DNA from: Acidobacteriota bacterium
GTDB lineage: Bacteria; Acidobacteriota; UBA890; WLXD01
Direction of reading: 5' to 3'
Length of the DNA: 64,000 nt
NCBI GenBank assembly: GCA_029263295.1
Contig: JAJCXT010000008.1
Coordinates: 3,825 to 67,824, forward strand
In this document: positions 47,132-57,602 of the stretch, piece after piece
Position numbering within the stretch: the stretch's first letter is position 1
How the letters are laid out: each line of letters begins with the position of its first letter
The notes under the pieces: generated by a model
Seen by the model: only the letters and a program-made list of their open reading frames with translations
What the model was told of the DNA's origin: nothing
Database searches by the model: none
Program-made: the position numbers and the translations under genes

Positions 47132-47917
47132 ATGTCCGATCAAGGTCGTTTCACCTGGTACGAGTTGATGTCGACTGACCCAAAAGCGGCGCTCGACTTT
47201 CACGCCGGCATCACGGGCTGGACGCACCAGCCCTTCGGCCCCCCACCCGCCGACGGTGGAGCGGTCGAGTACAACATGTGGATGAGGGGAGAGGAGCCGA
47301 TTGCCGGTTGCTTCCAGTTGCCCGCCGAGGCCCAGGAGCAGGGCGCTCCGACTCACTGGGTGGGCTACATCCACTGCGACGACCTCGACGCCACCAAGGC
47401 ACGCGCGATCGAGCTGGGTGCCACGGAGCTCGTTTCCATGGACCTCCCGGATATCGGCAGGTTCTCCATGATGCACGACCCCCTGCACGCCGTGATCGCC
47501 TTCTTCCAGCCGGCCAACGAGCCGGGGCCGGAACAGGATGCCGCGCCGGGCCGGTTCTCATGGCATGAACTGATGACGACCGACTATGAGGCCGCGTTCG
47601 GCTTCTACTCCGAGTTGTTCGGCTGGGAGATCATGGACGACATGGACATGGGCGACGGCTGGATCTACCGACTCTACGGTCGCAATGGCAAGCAACTGGG
47701 CGGCATGTTCAACAGGCCGCCGGAGGTGCCCGCGTCGTGTTGGCTGTACTACGTCGATGTCCCTGACGTCGACGAATCCGCCGCGGCGATCACCGCAGGC
47801 GGCGGCAAGATCGTGCACGGCCCGATGGAGGTCCCGGGCGGGGGCCGCATCGTGCAGGCGACGGACCCTCAGGGCGGCATGTTCGCGCTGCACACGCCGG
47901 CGCCAGCCGAGGGCTAG
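47132..47917 (+). CDS. Two-domain VOC/glyoxalase family protein
   Basis: Two FxWxELM..D repeats; FYSELFGW; DPQGGMFAL; GGAGG RBS. Confidence 0.9.
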   Translation: MSDQGRFTWYELMSTDPKAALDFHAGITGWTHQPFGPPPADGGAVEYNMWMRGEEPIAGCFQLPAEAQEQGAPTHWVGYIHCDDLDATKARAIELGATELVSMDLPDIGRFSMMHDPLHAVIAFFQPANEPGPEQDAAPGRFSWHELMTTDYEAAFGFYSELFGWEIMDDMDMGDGWIYRLYGRNGKQLGGMFNRPPEVPASCWLYYVDVPDVDESAAAITAGGGKIVHGPMEVPGGGRIVQATDPQGGMFALHTPAPAEG

Positions 47918-47945
47918 TAGAGCTTCCGGGCCACTGACTCGAAAC

Positions 47946-47983
47946 GGGGCGGGATCGCGAGGGCGGTCCCGCTCCTTTCTTGT
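47946..47983 (+). terminator. Rho-independent terminator
   Basis: 13-bp GC-rich stem (with G-U pairs), GAGG loop, TTTCTTGT tail after the VOC gene. Confidence 0.7.
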
Positions 47984-48064
47984 CCGGCGCCTATCGGCAG
48001 GGTAGCTCGGCGTGCCGCCGGGATCGGTTCCGTCGATCTGTTGCCGTTCCGCGCTGGGCGCTAG

Positions 48065-48820
48065 CTAATCGCGGCCCGTCAAGATCTCGGCGCCGTCCTT
48101 GGTGACGACGATCGTGTGCTCGAACTGCGCCGCCAGCCCGCCAGCCGCGGTGCATAGCGTCCATCCGTCGTCGGATTCCACTGCGCGATCGGAATTCGTC
48201 GACAGGAACGGCTCGATGGTAAGCACCTGGCCTTCAGCGAAACGTCGCCGATCGGCGGGCTCGTAGTAGTTGAGTACGGCACGCGGCTCCTCGTGCAGGC
48301 CACCGCCGACTCCATGGCCGCACAGGTTTCGCACGATGAGGAATCCGCGGTCATCCGCCACCTTCTGAACAGCCCTGCCGACGCCGTTGAGCAACTCGCC
48401 AGGACGCACCGTCGCCAGCGCGGCCGTCAGCGCTTCCTGGGTGGCCGCTAGCAGTGCCCGCGCCGCATCGCTTACCTCGCCAATCGGAAAAGAAGCGCCC
48501 GAGTCCGCGAAGTAGCCGGCCTTCTCGGCAGAGACATCCAGGTTCACCAGGTCGCCGTTCTCGATGATACGGCCGCCAGGTATCCCGTGCGCGGCCTCAT
48601 CGTTGACGCTGATGCAGGTGGCGCCGGGGAAGCCGTACACGGTCTCCGGCGCCGACTTCGCGCCGCAGCCCGCGAGCGCCGCGCGTCCGATCACGTCGAG
48701 TTCCGCCGTCGTTACTCCCGCCGTCAGCCGGGTCGCCATCGCCTCGATGGCGCTGGCGACCGCCCGGCCGGCCTCGCGTACGCCACGAAGCTCCTCGCTG
48801 TCCGGCAGTGTCACGACCAT
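48065..48820 (-). CDS. map: Type I methionyl aminopeptidase
   Basis: CISVNDEAAHGIP, DLVNLDVS, YFADS, GHGVG..LHEEP, TIEPF, AQFEHTI. Confidence 0.93.
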   Translation of the reverse strand: MVVTLPDSEELRGVREAGRAVASAIEAMATRLTAGVTTAELDVIGRAALAGCGAKSAPETVYGFPGATCISVNDEAAHGIPGGRIIENGDLVNLDVSAEKAGYFADSGASFPIGEVSDAARALLAATQEALTAALATVRPGELLNGVGRAVQKVADDRGFLIVRNLCGHGVGGGLHEEPRAVLNYYEPADRRRFAEGQVLTIEPFLSTNSDRAVESDDGWTLCTAAGGLAAQFEHTIVVTKDGAEILTGRD

Positions 48821-48847
48821 GTTGACTCCAACCTCAGCCGCCGCGCG

Positions 48848-51517
48848 TTAGCGCGACAGTTCGATCGCCACCCAGGCCGACTCTCCGTTGGCCGCGATGG
48901 TGATGCGGTAACTGCCCGCGGAGGCCGTCGGCGGGAAACTGCGGCCACCAAAGCTGCGGCCCTCGCCCTCTACCGTCAGGTCCCAGAGGATCATGTTGTG
49001 ACCGCCAATTCCTTCGCCCGCCAACGTCTGCACGATCTCACCGTCGGCGTCCTCGATCTTCACCTCGTAGTCGCCGGCTTCGGCCATCCAGACGTGCAGG
49101 GCGGCCGTAGGACGGGATCCGAAGAATCCGAAGCGGCCACGTGGCATCTGCACCGCCTCCGGTTCAAACACGTGCAGCGGCTTGGCCTGGATCTCCTCGC
49201 TCAGTTGCTGAATCGGCCGCACGTCGAGCGCGAACACACCGCGTCCGTGCGTCGCGGCAACCAGGATGTCGTTCTCCGGATGGATCACGATGTCGTGTAC
49301 GAAGGTGTTCGGCATGCCGTTGGATAACGCTTCCCAATGCTCGCCGCCGTCGATCGACACATACGCGCCAACGTCAGTACCGGCGTACATCACGTTCGGG
49401 TTCTTCGGGTCCTCTTTGACTACGTTGATCGGGCCGCTCGGGATGTTGGTCGCGAGGTCCTGCCACGTCGTGCCGCGATCGGTCGACTTCCACAGATAGG
49501 GTCGGAAGTCGTCCTCGCGCTTGCCGTTCTGCGCCGCGTACACCGTGTCGGGGTCCCAGCGCGACGCCACCAGCTCGGAGATGAATTTGCCCTGCGGCAG
49601 TTCACCGGTGATCTCTGCCCAGCCCGTTCCACTCGCATCGGTCGTCCACACGCGGCCGTCGTCGGTGCCCACGTACAAAAGACCGAATTCGAATGGCGAC
49701 TCCGAGATCGAGTAGATCGTCTGGTACTGGATGTCGCCGATCTTGTCGATGTCGTTGTAGGTGAGATCGTCGCTCATGATCTCCCAGTTATCGCCCCGGT
49801 TCATGGAACGAAACAGCTTGTTGAGCCCGAGGTAGATCACGCGCGGGTTGTGCGGCGAGATGATGAATGGCGCCAGCCATTGACCGCGATACGGGGGCTC
49901 ACCCTCGGGAGCTTCCGGCATCAGCGTGACCTCTTCGTCCGCCGCCAGATCGGCGCGCAGGAAGCTACCGTAGAAGCGCGCCGCGTAGACGATGTTGGGG
50001 TCGGTGGGATCGACGACGTGGTTGTTGCCCTCGAAACCCGGGGCGCCTTCCCACTCGACCGCCGGGATATTGTGACGACCGCGGCTCAGATCGACCCTGC
50101 CACGGCGGCTACCGTGGTCCTGGATGGAGCCATAGGCCCAGAACTCCTCGCCCATGTCGTGGGCAACGTTGAAGAACTGCACCAGCGGTAGGTTGTCGTA
50201 GAAGGTGCGCCAGTTCTCTCCGCCGTCATATGAGATCGCCAGCCCACCGTCGTTGACGTTGGCGAGGTAGTCAGAATTGTCGGGGTCGATCCACAGACCG
50301 TGATGGTCGCCGTGCATGCCGCTCAGCCGCCGGAAGGTCTTGCCACCATCCTCGGAGACGTTGAGCGCGAGACCCATCACATAGATCTTGTTTTCGTCGT
50401 TCGGGTCCACTCGGAGCTGCCCGAACACCCAGCCATAGGTGCCGCCCAGGCTGAGCATGTAGTCGTTGTATTCCGATGTCCTTTCCCAGTTGTCCCCTCC
50501 ATCCGTGGAGCGATACACGGTCGCGCCCCGAATCACCGGGCCGGCCGGGCGACCGTACGCGTCCGTATCACCCTCATCGGGCTCACGCGCCGTCTCGTAG
50601 CTGTCGATAAACGCGTAGACGACATCCGGGTTCGATCGTGCGACGTCCAGCCCGATGCGGCCGCGGAACTTCGCCTCGGGAAGTCCGACGCTGAGCTCCT
50701 GCCAAGTCGCGCCGCCGTCGGTCGTCTTGTAGATCGCGGAACCGTCATAGTGGCTGCTGTTGCGCGGGTCATTCCACTTCTCGCGCACGCGCTGCCATGT
50801 GGCGATGTACAACGTGTCAGGGTCGGTCGGGTGCATGACCAGGTCAATCGCACCGGTGCGCTCGTCGCGGTAGAAGACCTTGTCCCAGGTCTCGCCGCCG
50901 TCGGTGGTCTTGTAGATGCCGCGATCGGGGTTCTCGGTCCACTCGTGCCCGGAGGCCGCCACGTAGACGATGTCCGGATTCGTGGGATGAATTTCGATGC
51001 GCGGGATCGTGTGGGTGTCTCCCAGGCCCTTGTGCTCCCAGGTGTCACCGCCGTCGGTCGACTTGTAGACACCCGCGCCAGCCATGGACGACCTGAAGAT
51101 GTTGGCTTCACCGGTGCCCACCCAGACGATGCTCTGATCGGACGGAGCCAGCGTCACATCCCCAACCGAGGTCGAGGCGGCCTGCTCGAAGATCGGCTCC
51201 CAACTCACGCCCTCGTTCTTGCTGCGCCACACGCCACCCGACGCGCCGGCAACATAGATCGTGTAGTTGTCGCCCTTGGGCGTGACGATGTCGACATCGG
51301 TCATGCGGCCGGAAATGTTCGTCGGCCCCACGAACTGCCACGGCAGGTTGCGGAAGCGAGACATGTCAGCGTTCGCCACATGGTCCGCGTACCAGGTCAG
51401 GCGCTCCGCGGAGGGAGTCTGTTCGCTCGCCTCCTGTGCGACCAGCGGGCCACCCGCCCCCAGCAGCAGTACCAAGGTCAGGGCCAGACTCAGAACAGGT
51501 CGCATGCGGTCGAGCAT
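48848..51517 (-). CDS. Secreted VPS10/BNR-repeat beta-propeller protein
   Basis: GGAGG RBS and ATG 51517; signal peptide; GPTNISGR; Asp-box repeats (KSTDGGDTW, KTTDGGETW); HGDHHGLWIDP; ATHGRG. Confidence 0.88.
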   Translation of the reverse strand: MLDRMRPVLSLALTLVLLLGAGGPLVAQEASEQTPSAERLTWYADHVANADMSRFRNLPWQFVGPTNISGRMTDVDIVTPKGDNYTIYVAGASGGVWRSKNEGVSWEPIFEQAASTSVGDVTLAPSDQSIVWVGTGEANIFRSSMAGAGVYKSTDGGDTWEHKGLGDTHTIPRIEIHPTNPDIVYVAASGHEWTENPDRGIYKTTDGGETWDKVFYRDERTGAIDLVMHPTDPDTLYIATWQRVREKWNDPRNSSHYDGSAIYKTTDGGATWQELSVGLPEAKFRGRIGLDVARSNPDVVYAFIDSYETAREPDEGDTDAYGRPAGPVIRGATVYRSTDGGDNWERTSEYNDYMLSLGGTYGWVFGQLRVDPNDENKIYVMGLALNVSEDGGKTFRRLSGMHGDHHGLWIDPDNSDYLANVNDGGLAISYDGGENWRTFYDNLPLVQFFNVAHDMGEEFWAYGSIQDHGSRRGRVDLSRGRHNIPAVEWEGAPGFEGNNHVVDPTDPNIVYAARFYGSFLRADLAADEEVTLMPEAPEGEPPYRGQWLAPFIISPHNPRVIYLGLNKLFRSMNRGDNWEIMSDDLTYNDIDKIGDIQYQTIYSISESPFEFGLLYVGTDDGRVWTTDASGTGWAEITGELPQGKFISELVASRWDPDTVYAAQNGKREDDFRPYLWKSTDRGTTWQDLATNIPSGPINVVKEDPKNPNVMYAGTDVGAYVSIDGGEHWEALSNGMPNTFVHDIVIHPENDILVAATHGRGVFALDVRPIQQLSEEIQAKPLHVFEPEAVQMPRGRFGFFGSRPTAALHVWMAEAGDYEVKIEDADGEIVQTLAGEGIGGHNMILWDLTVEGEGRSFGGRSFPPTASAGSYRITIAANGESAWVAIELSR

Positions 51518-51614
51518 CGGTGGGCCTCCGAGAAGAAAGCGGACAGACGTGAGGGATTTCCGCAGGTTAGTGAGCGCGGAGGGCGGCGTCAACGCGCCCA
51601 GCGGGGTCAACCGG

Positions 51615-52346
51615 CTAGGTCGTTGCGGTGCACGCCAGGACCTCCGCGGCGAGAGGTCGCAGCGCCTCGACGTAATGGCGCGAATCGTAGTGACCGACTT
51701 CGTCCAGCGGCATGAAGACGATCCGTCCGCCACGTCGCTGCATGCTTTTGACGGCCTTCTCCACATCGGCGAACGGGATCAACTCGTCGGCGCGGCTGTT
51801 GACGACCCACAGTGGGAACCGCGCGAGTTCCTCGCGCCATCCGACAGCCCCGCGGCCAACGAGATCCCGGAATCGCACGAGCCCCGGATCGTCGGGATCC
51901 TCGGCAGCAAGCACGGGCACGGCAGCCACCGCGATACCCGCAGCGAAACGATCCGGATAGCGAGACCCCAGGTACCACGTTCCCATGCCGCCGAGGCTGT
52001 ATCCGGCCAACACCACGTGATCCGCGGCCGTTTCGAACTCCGCGATCACCTGCCGACGCAGGGCCAGTACGGCATCCTCACTGCGCGGATGATGCCAGGT
52101 TCGTTGCGGGCAGTTGGGAGCCACGAGGACCACTTCCTGCCCCCTGAACACCGGCTCGAGAAACGCGCGCATGAAATCCCGGCCGTGACGCGGCGACATG
52201 TCGCCTTCCCATCCGTAGTGCAGCCCGATGACCAACGGTAAGACGCGGTCGTCGCCAGGAGCGCGCGGGTCGATCAACGCATACCGCAGGTCCTGGCCGC
52301 CGTCGAAGGACAGCTCGTGATCGGTGATCGTCGCGCGCTCGCTCAT
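51615..52346 (-). CDS. Alpha/beta hydrolase (dienelactone hydrolase / predicted peptidase-esterase)
   Basis: PLVIGLH, GYSLGG nucleophile, YPDRFAA, ADELIP, VGH. Confidence 0.8.
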   Translation of the reverse strand: MSERATITDHELSFDGGQDLRYALIDPRAPGDDRVLPLVIGLHYGWEGDMSPRHGRDFMRAFLEPVFRGQEVVLVAPNCPQRTWHHPRSEDAVLALRRQVIAEFETAADHVVLAGYSLGGMGTWYLGSRYPDRFAAGIAVAAVPVLAAEDPDDPGLVRFRDLVGRGAVGWREELARFPLWVVNSRADELIPFADVEKAVKSMQRRGGRIVFMPLDEVGHYDSRHYVEALRPLAAEVLACTATT

Positions 52347-52382
52347 CCCCGCAGTCTGCCACGTGCCAATCAGGTCCGGCCG

Positions 52383-53615
52383 TCACTCGTAGCGCAGGGC
52401 CTCGATCGGGTCGAGCTGCGCGGCGCGAGTGGCAGGATAGATGCCCGACACCAGGCCGGCCGCCAGCGACACGCTCGTCGACAACAGGATCGACGAAGGA
52501 GTGACAACGGTTTCCCAGCCGGCCGACGCGGCAACGACTCGCGCGATGATCACGCCCATCGCTACCCCGGCCAGTCCGCCCATGAGACTGATGGCGAAGG
52601 CCTCAATCATGAACTGGTCGCGGATCTCCTTGCGGCGCGCTCCGACGGCCCGCCGAATCCCGATCTCGCGAGTTCGCTCGAGGACGGTAGCCAACATGAT
52701 GTTGGTGATGCCGATACCACCAACGAGCAGAGAGATGCCCGCGATGCAGCCCATGACGATATTGAACAGCCGCTGCGTGGCGCGGCTCTGGTCGAGCAAC
52801 GCCTCAGGCACGACAAGCTCGAAGTCGTCTTCACCCCCGTGGATACGCTCGAGCAGTCGCCGGATGGCCACAGCGCTGGCTTGCACGGAGAGGTCGGCCT
52901 CGAGCTGCACGATGATCTCATCGACCGGCGCCCGCAGCGGTGGACGATCGAACTTGCGAACCGCCGTGGTAACGGGAATGTAGATCTCGGTCGCAGTGGT
53001 GCCGATATCGACGCCCTCGAACTGGCCGCCGCCACCGAGATCCTCGAGGACGCCGATGACCTCGAACCAGACATCATTGATCTTCAGCCGCTCGCCGATA
53101 GCCGCACCGACGCCGAAGAGGTCGCGCCGCACGGCACCGCCCACAACAGCCACCTGCGCGTGACGGTCCTCGTCCAGACGATCGAGGAAACGGCCCTCCG
53201 CGACCCGCAGGTCTGACAACCGTCGCTGATGCCACGACACCCCGAGAACACTCGCCGCGGTGCGGCCGCCGACTGCCATGATCTTGTAGCTGGCTATTTC
53301 GACGCGTGGCACCGCCAACTCCACTCCGGGAATGCCGTCGCGGATCACGCTCGCGTCGCGCAAGGACACGCCCAGGGAGTTGCGGCGAATCTCGTTGAGC
53401 TCGTCCTCAGTGCGATCGACGTCGCGCACCAGTACGTTGCGCAGACCCATGCGATCGATCAATTCCATCGCCTGCAGTTCGGCGCCAGCGCCGATCGACA
53501 ACATCGCGATCACCGCGCCCACGCCAAAGATCATGCCGAGCATCGTCAACAATGAACGCAGCTTGTGCGCCGCGAGATTGTTGAGCGCGCTGACGAACGA
53601 CTCCCGAAAGTTCAC
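52383..53615 (-). CDS. MacB/FtsX-type ABC transporter permease (no NBD)
   Basis: KLRSLLTMLGMIFGV, ISLLVGGIGITNIML, ERTREIGIRRAVGA, PATRAAQLDPIEALRYE. Confidence 0.93.
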   Translation of the reverse strand: MNFRESFVSALNNLAAHKLRSLLTMLGMIFGVGAVIAMLSIGAGAELQAMELIDRMGLRNVLVRDVDRTEDELNEIRRNSLGVSLRDASVIRDGIPGVELAVPRVEIASYKIMAVGGRTAASVLGVSWHQRRLSDLRVAEGRFLDRLDEDRHAQVAVVGGAVRRDLFGVGAAIGERLKINDVWFEVIGVLEDLGGGGQFEGVDIGTTATEIYIPVTTAVRKFDRPPLRAPVDEIIVQLEADLSVQASAVAIRRLLERIHGGEDDFELVVPEALLDQSRATQRLFNIVMGCIAGISLLVGGIGITNIMLATVLERTREIGIRRAVGARRKEIRDQFMIEAFAISLMGGLAGVAMGVIIARVVAASAGWETVVTPSSILLSTSVSLAAGLVSGIYPATRAAQLDPIEALRYE

Positions 53616-54893
53616 TCAACGCCCCCCTGTGGGGCCGGTCGATATCTCGGTGGATGCCGCAGCGGCCCCAGCCTGCGAGCGCGTCGGATCCTGGAGAGCC
53701 ACGACGTCGCCAGGCTCCAGTCCGGAGGCGACCACCACACGGCCGAGCGCGATCGGCCCTAGCGTCACGGCAACCCGATCGTACTCGCGCCCGGTCCTGC
53801 GAAATACGTACGGATTGGCCTCGTCGTCGCGGAATATGGCCTCGCGCGGCACGGCGATCACGTCTTCGAGATCTTGGACGAGAAGCGTTGCACGTACCCG
53901 CTGGCCGGGTTTCATCTTCGACGGGTCGGTCATCGCCAGCGTCAGATCAACATCGAAGTACTGCACTGGCGACCAACGGTTGCGACGCTTGGCCACCGCG
54001 GCTACAAGCCCGACCTCCGCCTCGACGACCTCGCCGGGATGCGCTTCGAGAACCACGGCGGCCGCGATGCCCACCGCAACACCACCGGCATCAGCTTCGA
54101 GTACGTAGACCTGAGCCTTCATCACGTCGAGTTGAGGGATCTCTGCGATCGACTGGCCAGGCCAGGTCACCGAGCCAACCTGAGCTGCTTCGCCCCAATC
54201 GCGACGCAGAACAAAGATGCCGTCATGGGGCGCGCGCACTTCGAGTTCGCGCAGGCCTGACTCGGCCTTTTCGATCGTCAGCTGCGCCTGCCGTTTCTGC
54301 AATTCGAGCAAGTCCAGTTCGACCTGCCCCTGCTCGGCACTGATGCCACGCGCCTGACTGGCGTTCTCCTTGCGCTGCGTGGCTAGCTTCTCGTCGATCT
54401 GCGATTCGATGATCTCGCTGCGCGAGTAGATATCCGCATTGGTGCTCTGAAACTCCCGCGAGTGCTCTAGCTGCAGGTCGGCGAGCTGCTCATCGCGCTC
54501 GAGGTTGTCGAGCGTCGTCCCCTGCTCGATGTTCCTCTGGTCCACCCTGCTCAACGCCTTGTCGCGCTCCGCCTCGCCGTCGAACAACTCGTGTTGCATG
54601 TCTGTTGGATCGAATCGAATCACCACCTCGCCTTCTTCGACGGCCGACCCGTCGCGGGCGAGCCACGCTATTCTCATCGGGCCGTTGGCGGCGGGGGGGG
54701 TCGCGAGAGGTGTCGCGTTCTCCGCCACGAGAATGCCTTCCGCATCGACTCTGTGAACGAACGATCCCCGCTCGGCGCGGAATGTGGGAACCGCGTCGCC
54801 GCCGGAGATCGCCCCGGCGAAAGTGGTCGTCACGAGCCAGCCCGCACCGATGACCCCAGCGCCCAATAACAACGGGGTCCGCAGTCGCATCAT
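53616..54893 (-). CDS. Membrane fusion protein (HlyD/MacA-like periplasmic adaptor)
   Basis: N-terminal TM; DGSAVEEGE; coiled coil; VRAPHDG; MKPGQ; GLEPGD. Confidence 0.88.
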   Translation of the reverse strand: MMRLRTPLLLGAGVIGAGWLVTTTFAGAISGGDAVPTFRAERGSFVHRVDAEGILVAENATPLATPPAANGPMRIAWLARDGSAVEEGEVVIRFDPTDMQHELFDGEAERDKALSRVDQRNIEQGTTLDNLERDEQLADLQLEHSREFQSTNADIYSRSEIIESQIDEKLATQRKENASQARGISAEQGQVELDLLELQKRQAQLTIEKAESGLRELEVRAPHDGIFVLRRDWGEAAQVGSVTWPGQSIAEIPQLDVMKAQVYVLEADAGGVAVGIAAAVVLEAHPGEVVEAEVGLVAAVAKRRNRWSPVQYFDVDLTLAMTDPSKMKPGQRVRATLLVQDLEDVIAVPREAIFRDDEANPYVFRRTGREYDRVAVTLGPIALGRVVVASGLEPGDVVALQDPTRSQAGAAAASTEISTGPTGGR

Positions 54894-56137
54894 GCTTCAG
54901 GATTCCTTTCAGCAACCCGGTCGCCGGCCCGTAATCCATCGATTACCTGCACCGACTCGGCATTGCGCTGCCCCAACTCCACTGGCACTTGCTCGTAGCC
55001 GAGCACCGTCTTGCGATAGACGACGGGGCCTGAGGCCGTAGGGAACACCGTGTGTCCCGGCACCACCAGAACGGCCTCGAGCCGCGCGGTCTCGATCGTG
55101 CCCCGGAACCGCATGCCTGGCCGCATTCGTTCCTGATCGGTCTCTTCCAGGTCAAGGTCGAGGCGAACAACCTTGATCGGGTTACGCGAGAAGGACTTAC
55201 GCTGCACCGTGCGCCAAATCGATTCGATGTTCGCCCGGTACAGAATGTCCGGATGTGCGTCGAGTCGAATCGACACCGACTGTCCTTCGGCGACCCTTCC
55301 GGCGTCGGACTCGTCAACCTCTCCGTTGGCCATCATCGTGGACAGATCCGGCAGTTCGATGATGCGTTCGCGACGCCACACCTGATCGCCGACCTTCTTC
55401 TTCTCACCACGCCAGTTGGTCATGTAGATGACCGTGCCCGCTCGCGGAGCGGTGACGGTCATGCGCCGCAGCGCATCCTCAGTTTCCCGCACGAGACGCT
55501 GAGCGCGGTCGCGTTGGGCGACGAGGGCCGACCGCCGCGCCGCACCCGCTTCGCGAGCCGCCTCGAGTTGCCCGTCCAACGATGCGACCTCGAGCGTCGC
55601 CAGTTCGACGTCCAGGCCCGCGATCTCAGCGTCATTGGCTGAACGCAGATCGTCAGGAACCTCGTCGTTCAAGCCGGCGCGCCGCTCCTTGGCCTCGGCT
55701 TCGGCCAGTTGCAGGTCCAGCGCCATAAGCTGTTGCTGCAGGTCGACATCGAGCTTCTCTATGTTCTTCGCTGCCTGTTCAGCATCCGTCTGCAGCTGCA
55801 ACAGCTCGCGCTCCAGCGACGCGGTGTCGAAGGAGAGCACGGGAGCCCCCTCAGCGACCTCGCTCCCTTCCGGCGCCATGAAACGGATCTGGAAGTCCCG
55901 GACGCTGACCCCCTGGGGTGGCGTGAGGATGCTGGCGTCGCGCGAAGCCAGCGTCCCCTCTACGTCCACGCCGAGGACGAGATCGTCCACGACGACATCT
56001 GCCCAGGTGATCTCCGAGTCGGCCGCGAACACACGCGTGAGCCCCCAGCCAACCGCCAACAAGCCGGCCAGCACGCCTACGCCGAGCCGCAGAAGCTGCG
56101 GCCGCCCCGTCCTGGCTCCAAGACCGGGAGAACTCAT
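54890..56137 (-). CDS. Membrane fusion protein (HlyD/MacA-like)
   Basis: PEGSEVAEG; coiled coil; TAPRAG; MRPGM; GLRAGD. Confidence 0.88.
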   Translation of the reverse strand: MSSPGLGARTGRPQLLRLGVGVLAGLLAVGWGLTRVFAADSEITWADVVVDDLVLGVDVEGTLASRDASILTPPQGVSVRDFQIRFMAPEGSEVAEGAPVLSFDTASLERELLQLQTDAEQAAKNIEKLDVDLQQQLMALDLQLAEAEAKERRAGLNDEVPDDLRSANDAEIAGLDVELATLEVASLDGQLEAAREAGAARRSALVAQRDRAQRLVRETEDALRRMTVTAPRAGTVIYMTNWRGEKKKVGDQVWRRERIIELPDLSTMMANGEVDESDAGRVAEGQSVSIRLDAHPDILYRANIESIWRTVQRKSFSRNPIKVVRLDLDLEETDQERMRPGMRFRGTIETARLEAVLVVPGHTVFPTASGPVVYRKTVLGYEQVPVELGQRNAESVQVIDGLRAGDRVAERNPEA

Positions 56138-57369
56138 TGGCCCCCCTCTACCGCCACCCCTGCCTCGGGTCCGTCATGCAGCACGCAGGCGCTGGCGTTG
56201 CATGGGCCGAGTTCGACCGACTGCCGCGCACCTCCCGCGAGGACGACAACCACTCCGTCATCGGTGAATTCGAGCGCATGCCGCGGCACGAGAACGACAT
56301 CTTCACGCACGGCGGTCTCGACCTCCACCAGCACGGACATACCCGGTCGCATGATTTCCTGATCGGCCTCGTCAAGGTCGATGCGAGCCAGAAAATGCCG
56401 CTGGTCCGATCGCCGGCCGGACTCTTGCGCCACCGGGCTGATCGAGCGCACGATGCCGCGGAAGAGCCGGCCGGGATAGGCATCGAGTGCGCACATGACG
56501 ATCATCCCCGGCGTGACCTTGCCATCATCGACGTCAGACAATCGCGCCTCGACCGACATCGAGCGGAGGTCCGGAATCTCCATGACAGTGGCTCCCATCC
56601 AAATGCTGTCGCCCACCTGGAACTTGCGATCCTCGCGACGGTTCTCTGCGGCCACCGCGATCCCTGACTGCGGCGCCCGCAGCGCCATTGCTTCGATCGC
56701 CTGCCGCGCCTCGCCGACCTCGCGCTCGGTCTTACGAATGTCCACCCGGAGAATCTCCAACTCGGCCTCCGAAGCCTCTTCATGACCTTCGAGTTCGGCA
56801 ACAGCCTTGTCGTATTCGACCTGCGCCTGCCGAAGGGTGAGCTGCGCTTCTTCGTAGCTCTTGCGGTCGGTGATGTCCGCGGGGACATCGGCAGCGATCT
56901 CTGCGCGGCGCAGGGCGATGCGACTACCTTCGTAGCCAAACTGTTTCGCTGCGAGCTGCCCGTTGATCTCCGCCCGCTTGCTGGCGAGCGCGTCGATCGC
57001 CTGCTGCTGTGCGGTGATCTTGTTCTCGATCTCGCTCGCGATCTGCGCCGTGTCCAGTTCCACGAGTCGATCGCCTTCGAGCACGTAGGCGCCATCGTCG
57101 ACCATCCAACGAATCGTGGTCTCCCACTCTGGCATCCGGGGAATGATTATCGCGTCGCTGTTGCGAGCTGTCAGCGTGCCGCTGAGCAAGAGCGTCTGCC
57201 TGAAGTCCCCGCGCCCGATCGCACGCATCTGCGATGACGCTTCGCGCCCCTGGCTGGGTTCGGCACCGACCGTCGGCTCACCTGCGCAAGCTCCGACCGT
57301 GCCGCAGAGCAGCACAATCGCGAGCGCGCATCGAACGCGCACTGTGGCACCGGAGTTAGTTTCGATCAT
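56134..57369 (-). CDS. Membrane fusion protein (HlyD/MacA-like), possible lipoprotein
   Basis: VGA|C lipobox-like; DDGAYVLEGD; coiled coil; RAPQSG; MRPGMS. Start uncertain (57369-57444). Confidence 0.85.
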   Translation of the reverse strand: MIETNSGATVRVRCALAIVLLCGTVGACAGEPTVGAEPSQGREASSQMRAIGRGDFRQTLLLSGTLTARNSDAIIIPRMPEWETTIRWMVDDGAYVLEGDRLVELDTAQIASEIENKITAQQQAIDALASKRAEINGQLAAKQFGYEGSRIALRRAEIAADVPADITDRKSYEEAQLTLRQAQVEYDKAVAELEGHEEASEAELEILRVDIRKTEREVGEARQAIEAMALRAPQSGIAVAAENRREDRKFQVGDSIWMGATVMEIPDLRSMSVEARLSDVDDGKVTPGMIVMCALDAYPGRLFRGIVRSISPVAQESGRRSDQRHFLARIDLDEADQEIMRPGMSVLVEVETAVREDVVLVPRHALEFTDDGVVVVLAGGARQSVELGPCNASACVLHDGPEAGVAVEGGQ

Positions 57370-57602
57370 GGCTGGTCGACAACGCTCCGGATCCGTCGGG
57401 GAACGGTACTGGACATTCTCTCTCATGCGGCCCACTTCGCGCACTCCTGACGCGCGGAATTCCTCGCGCCGAGACTCTCTACTTGTCTAGAACCCTCGAG
57501 AACTCGAATTGTCGACGTCGATGGAACTTATTGAGGCTATTCACCGTATGAATTATTCGATTGTAAAGTTTGACTCTTCGACCTCTGGACACGGAAGCCA
57601 CG

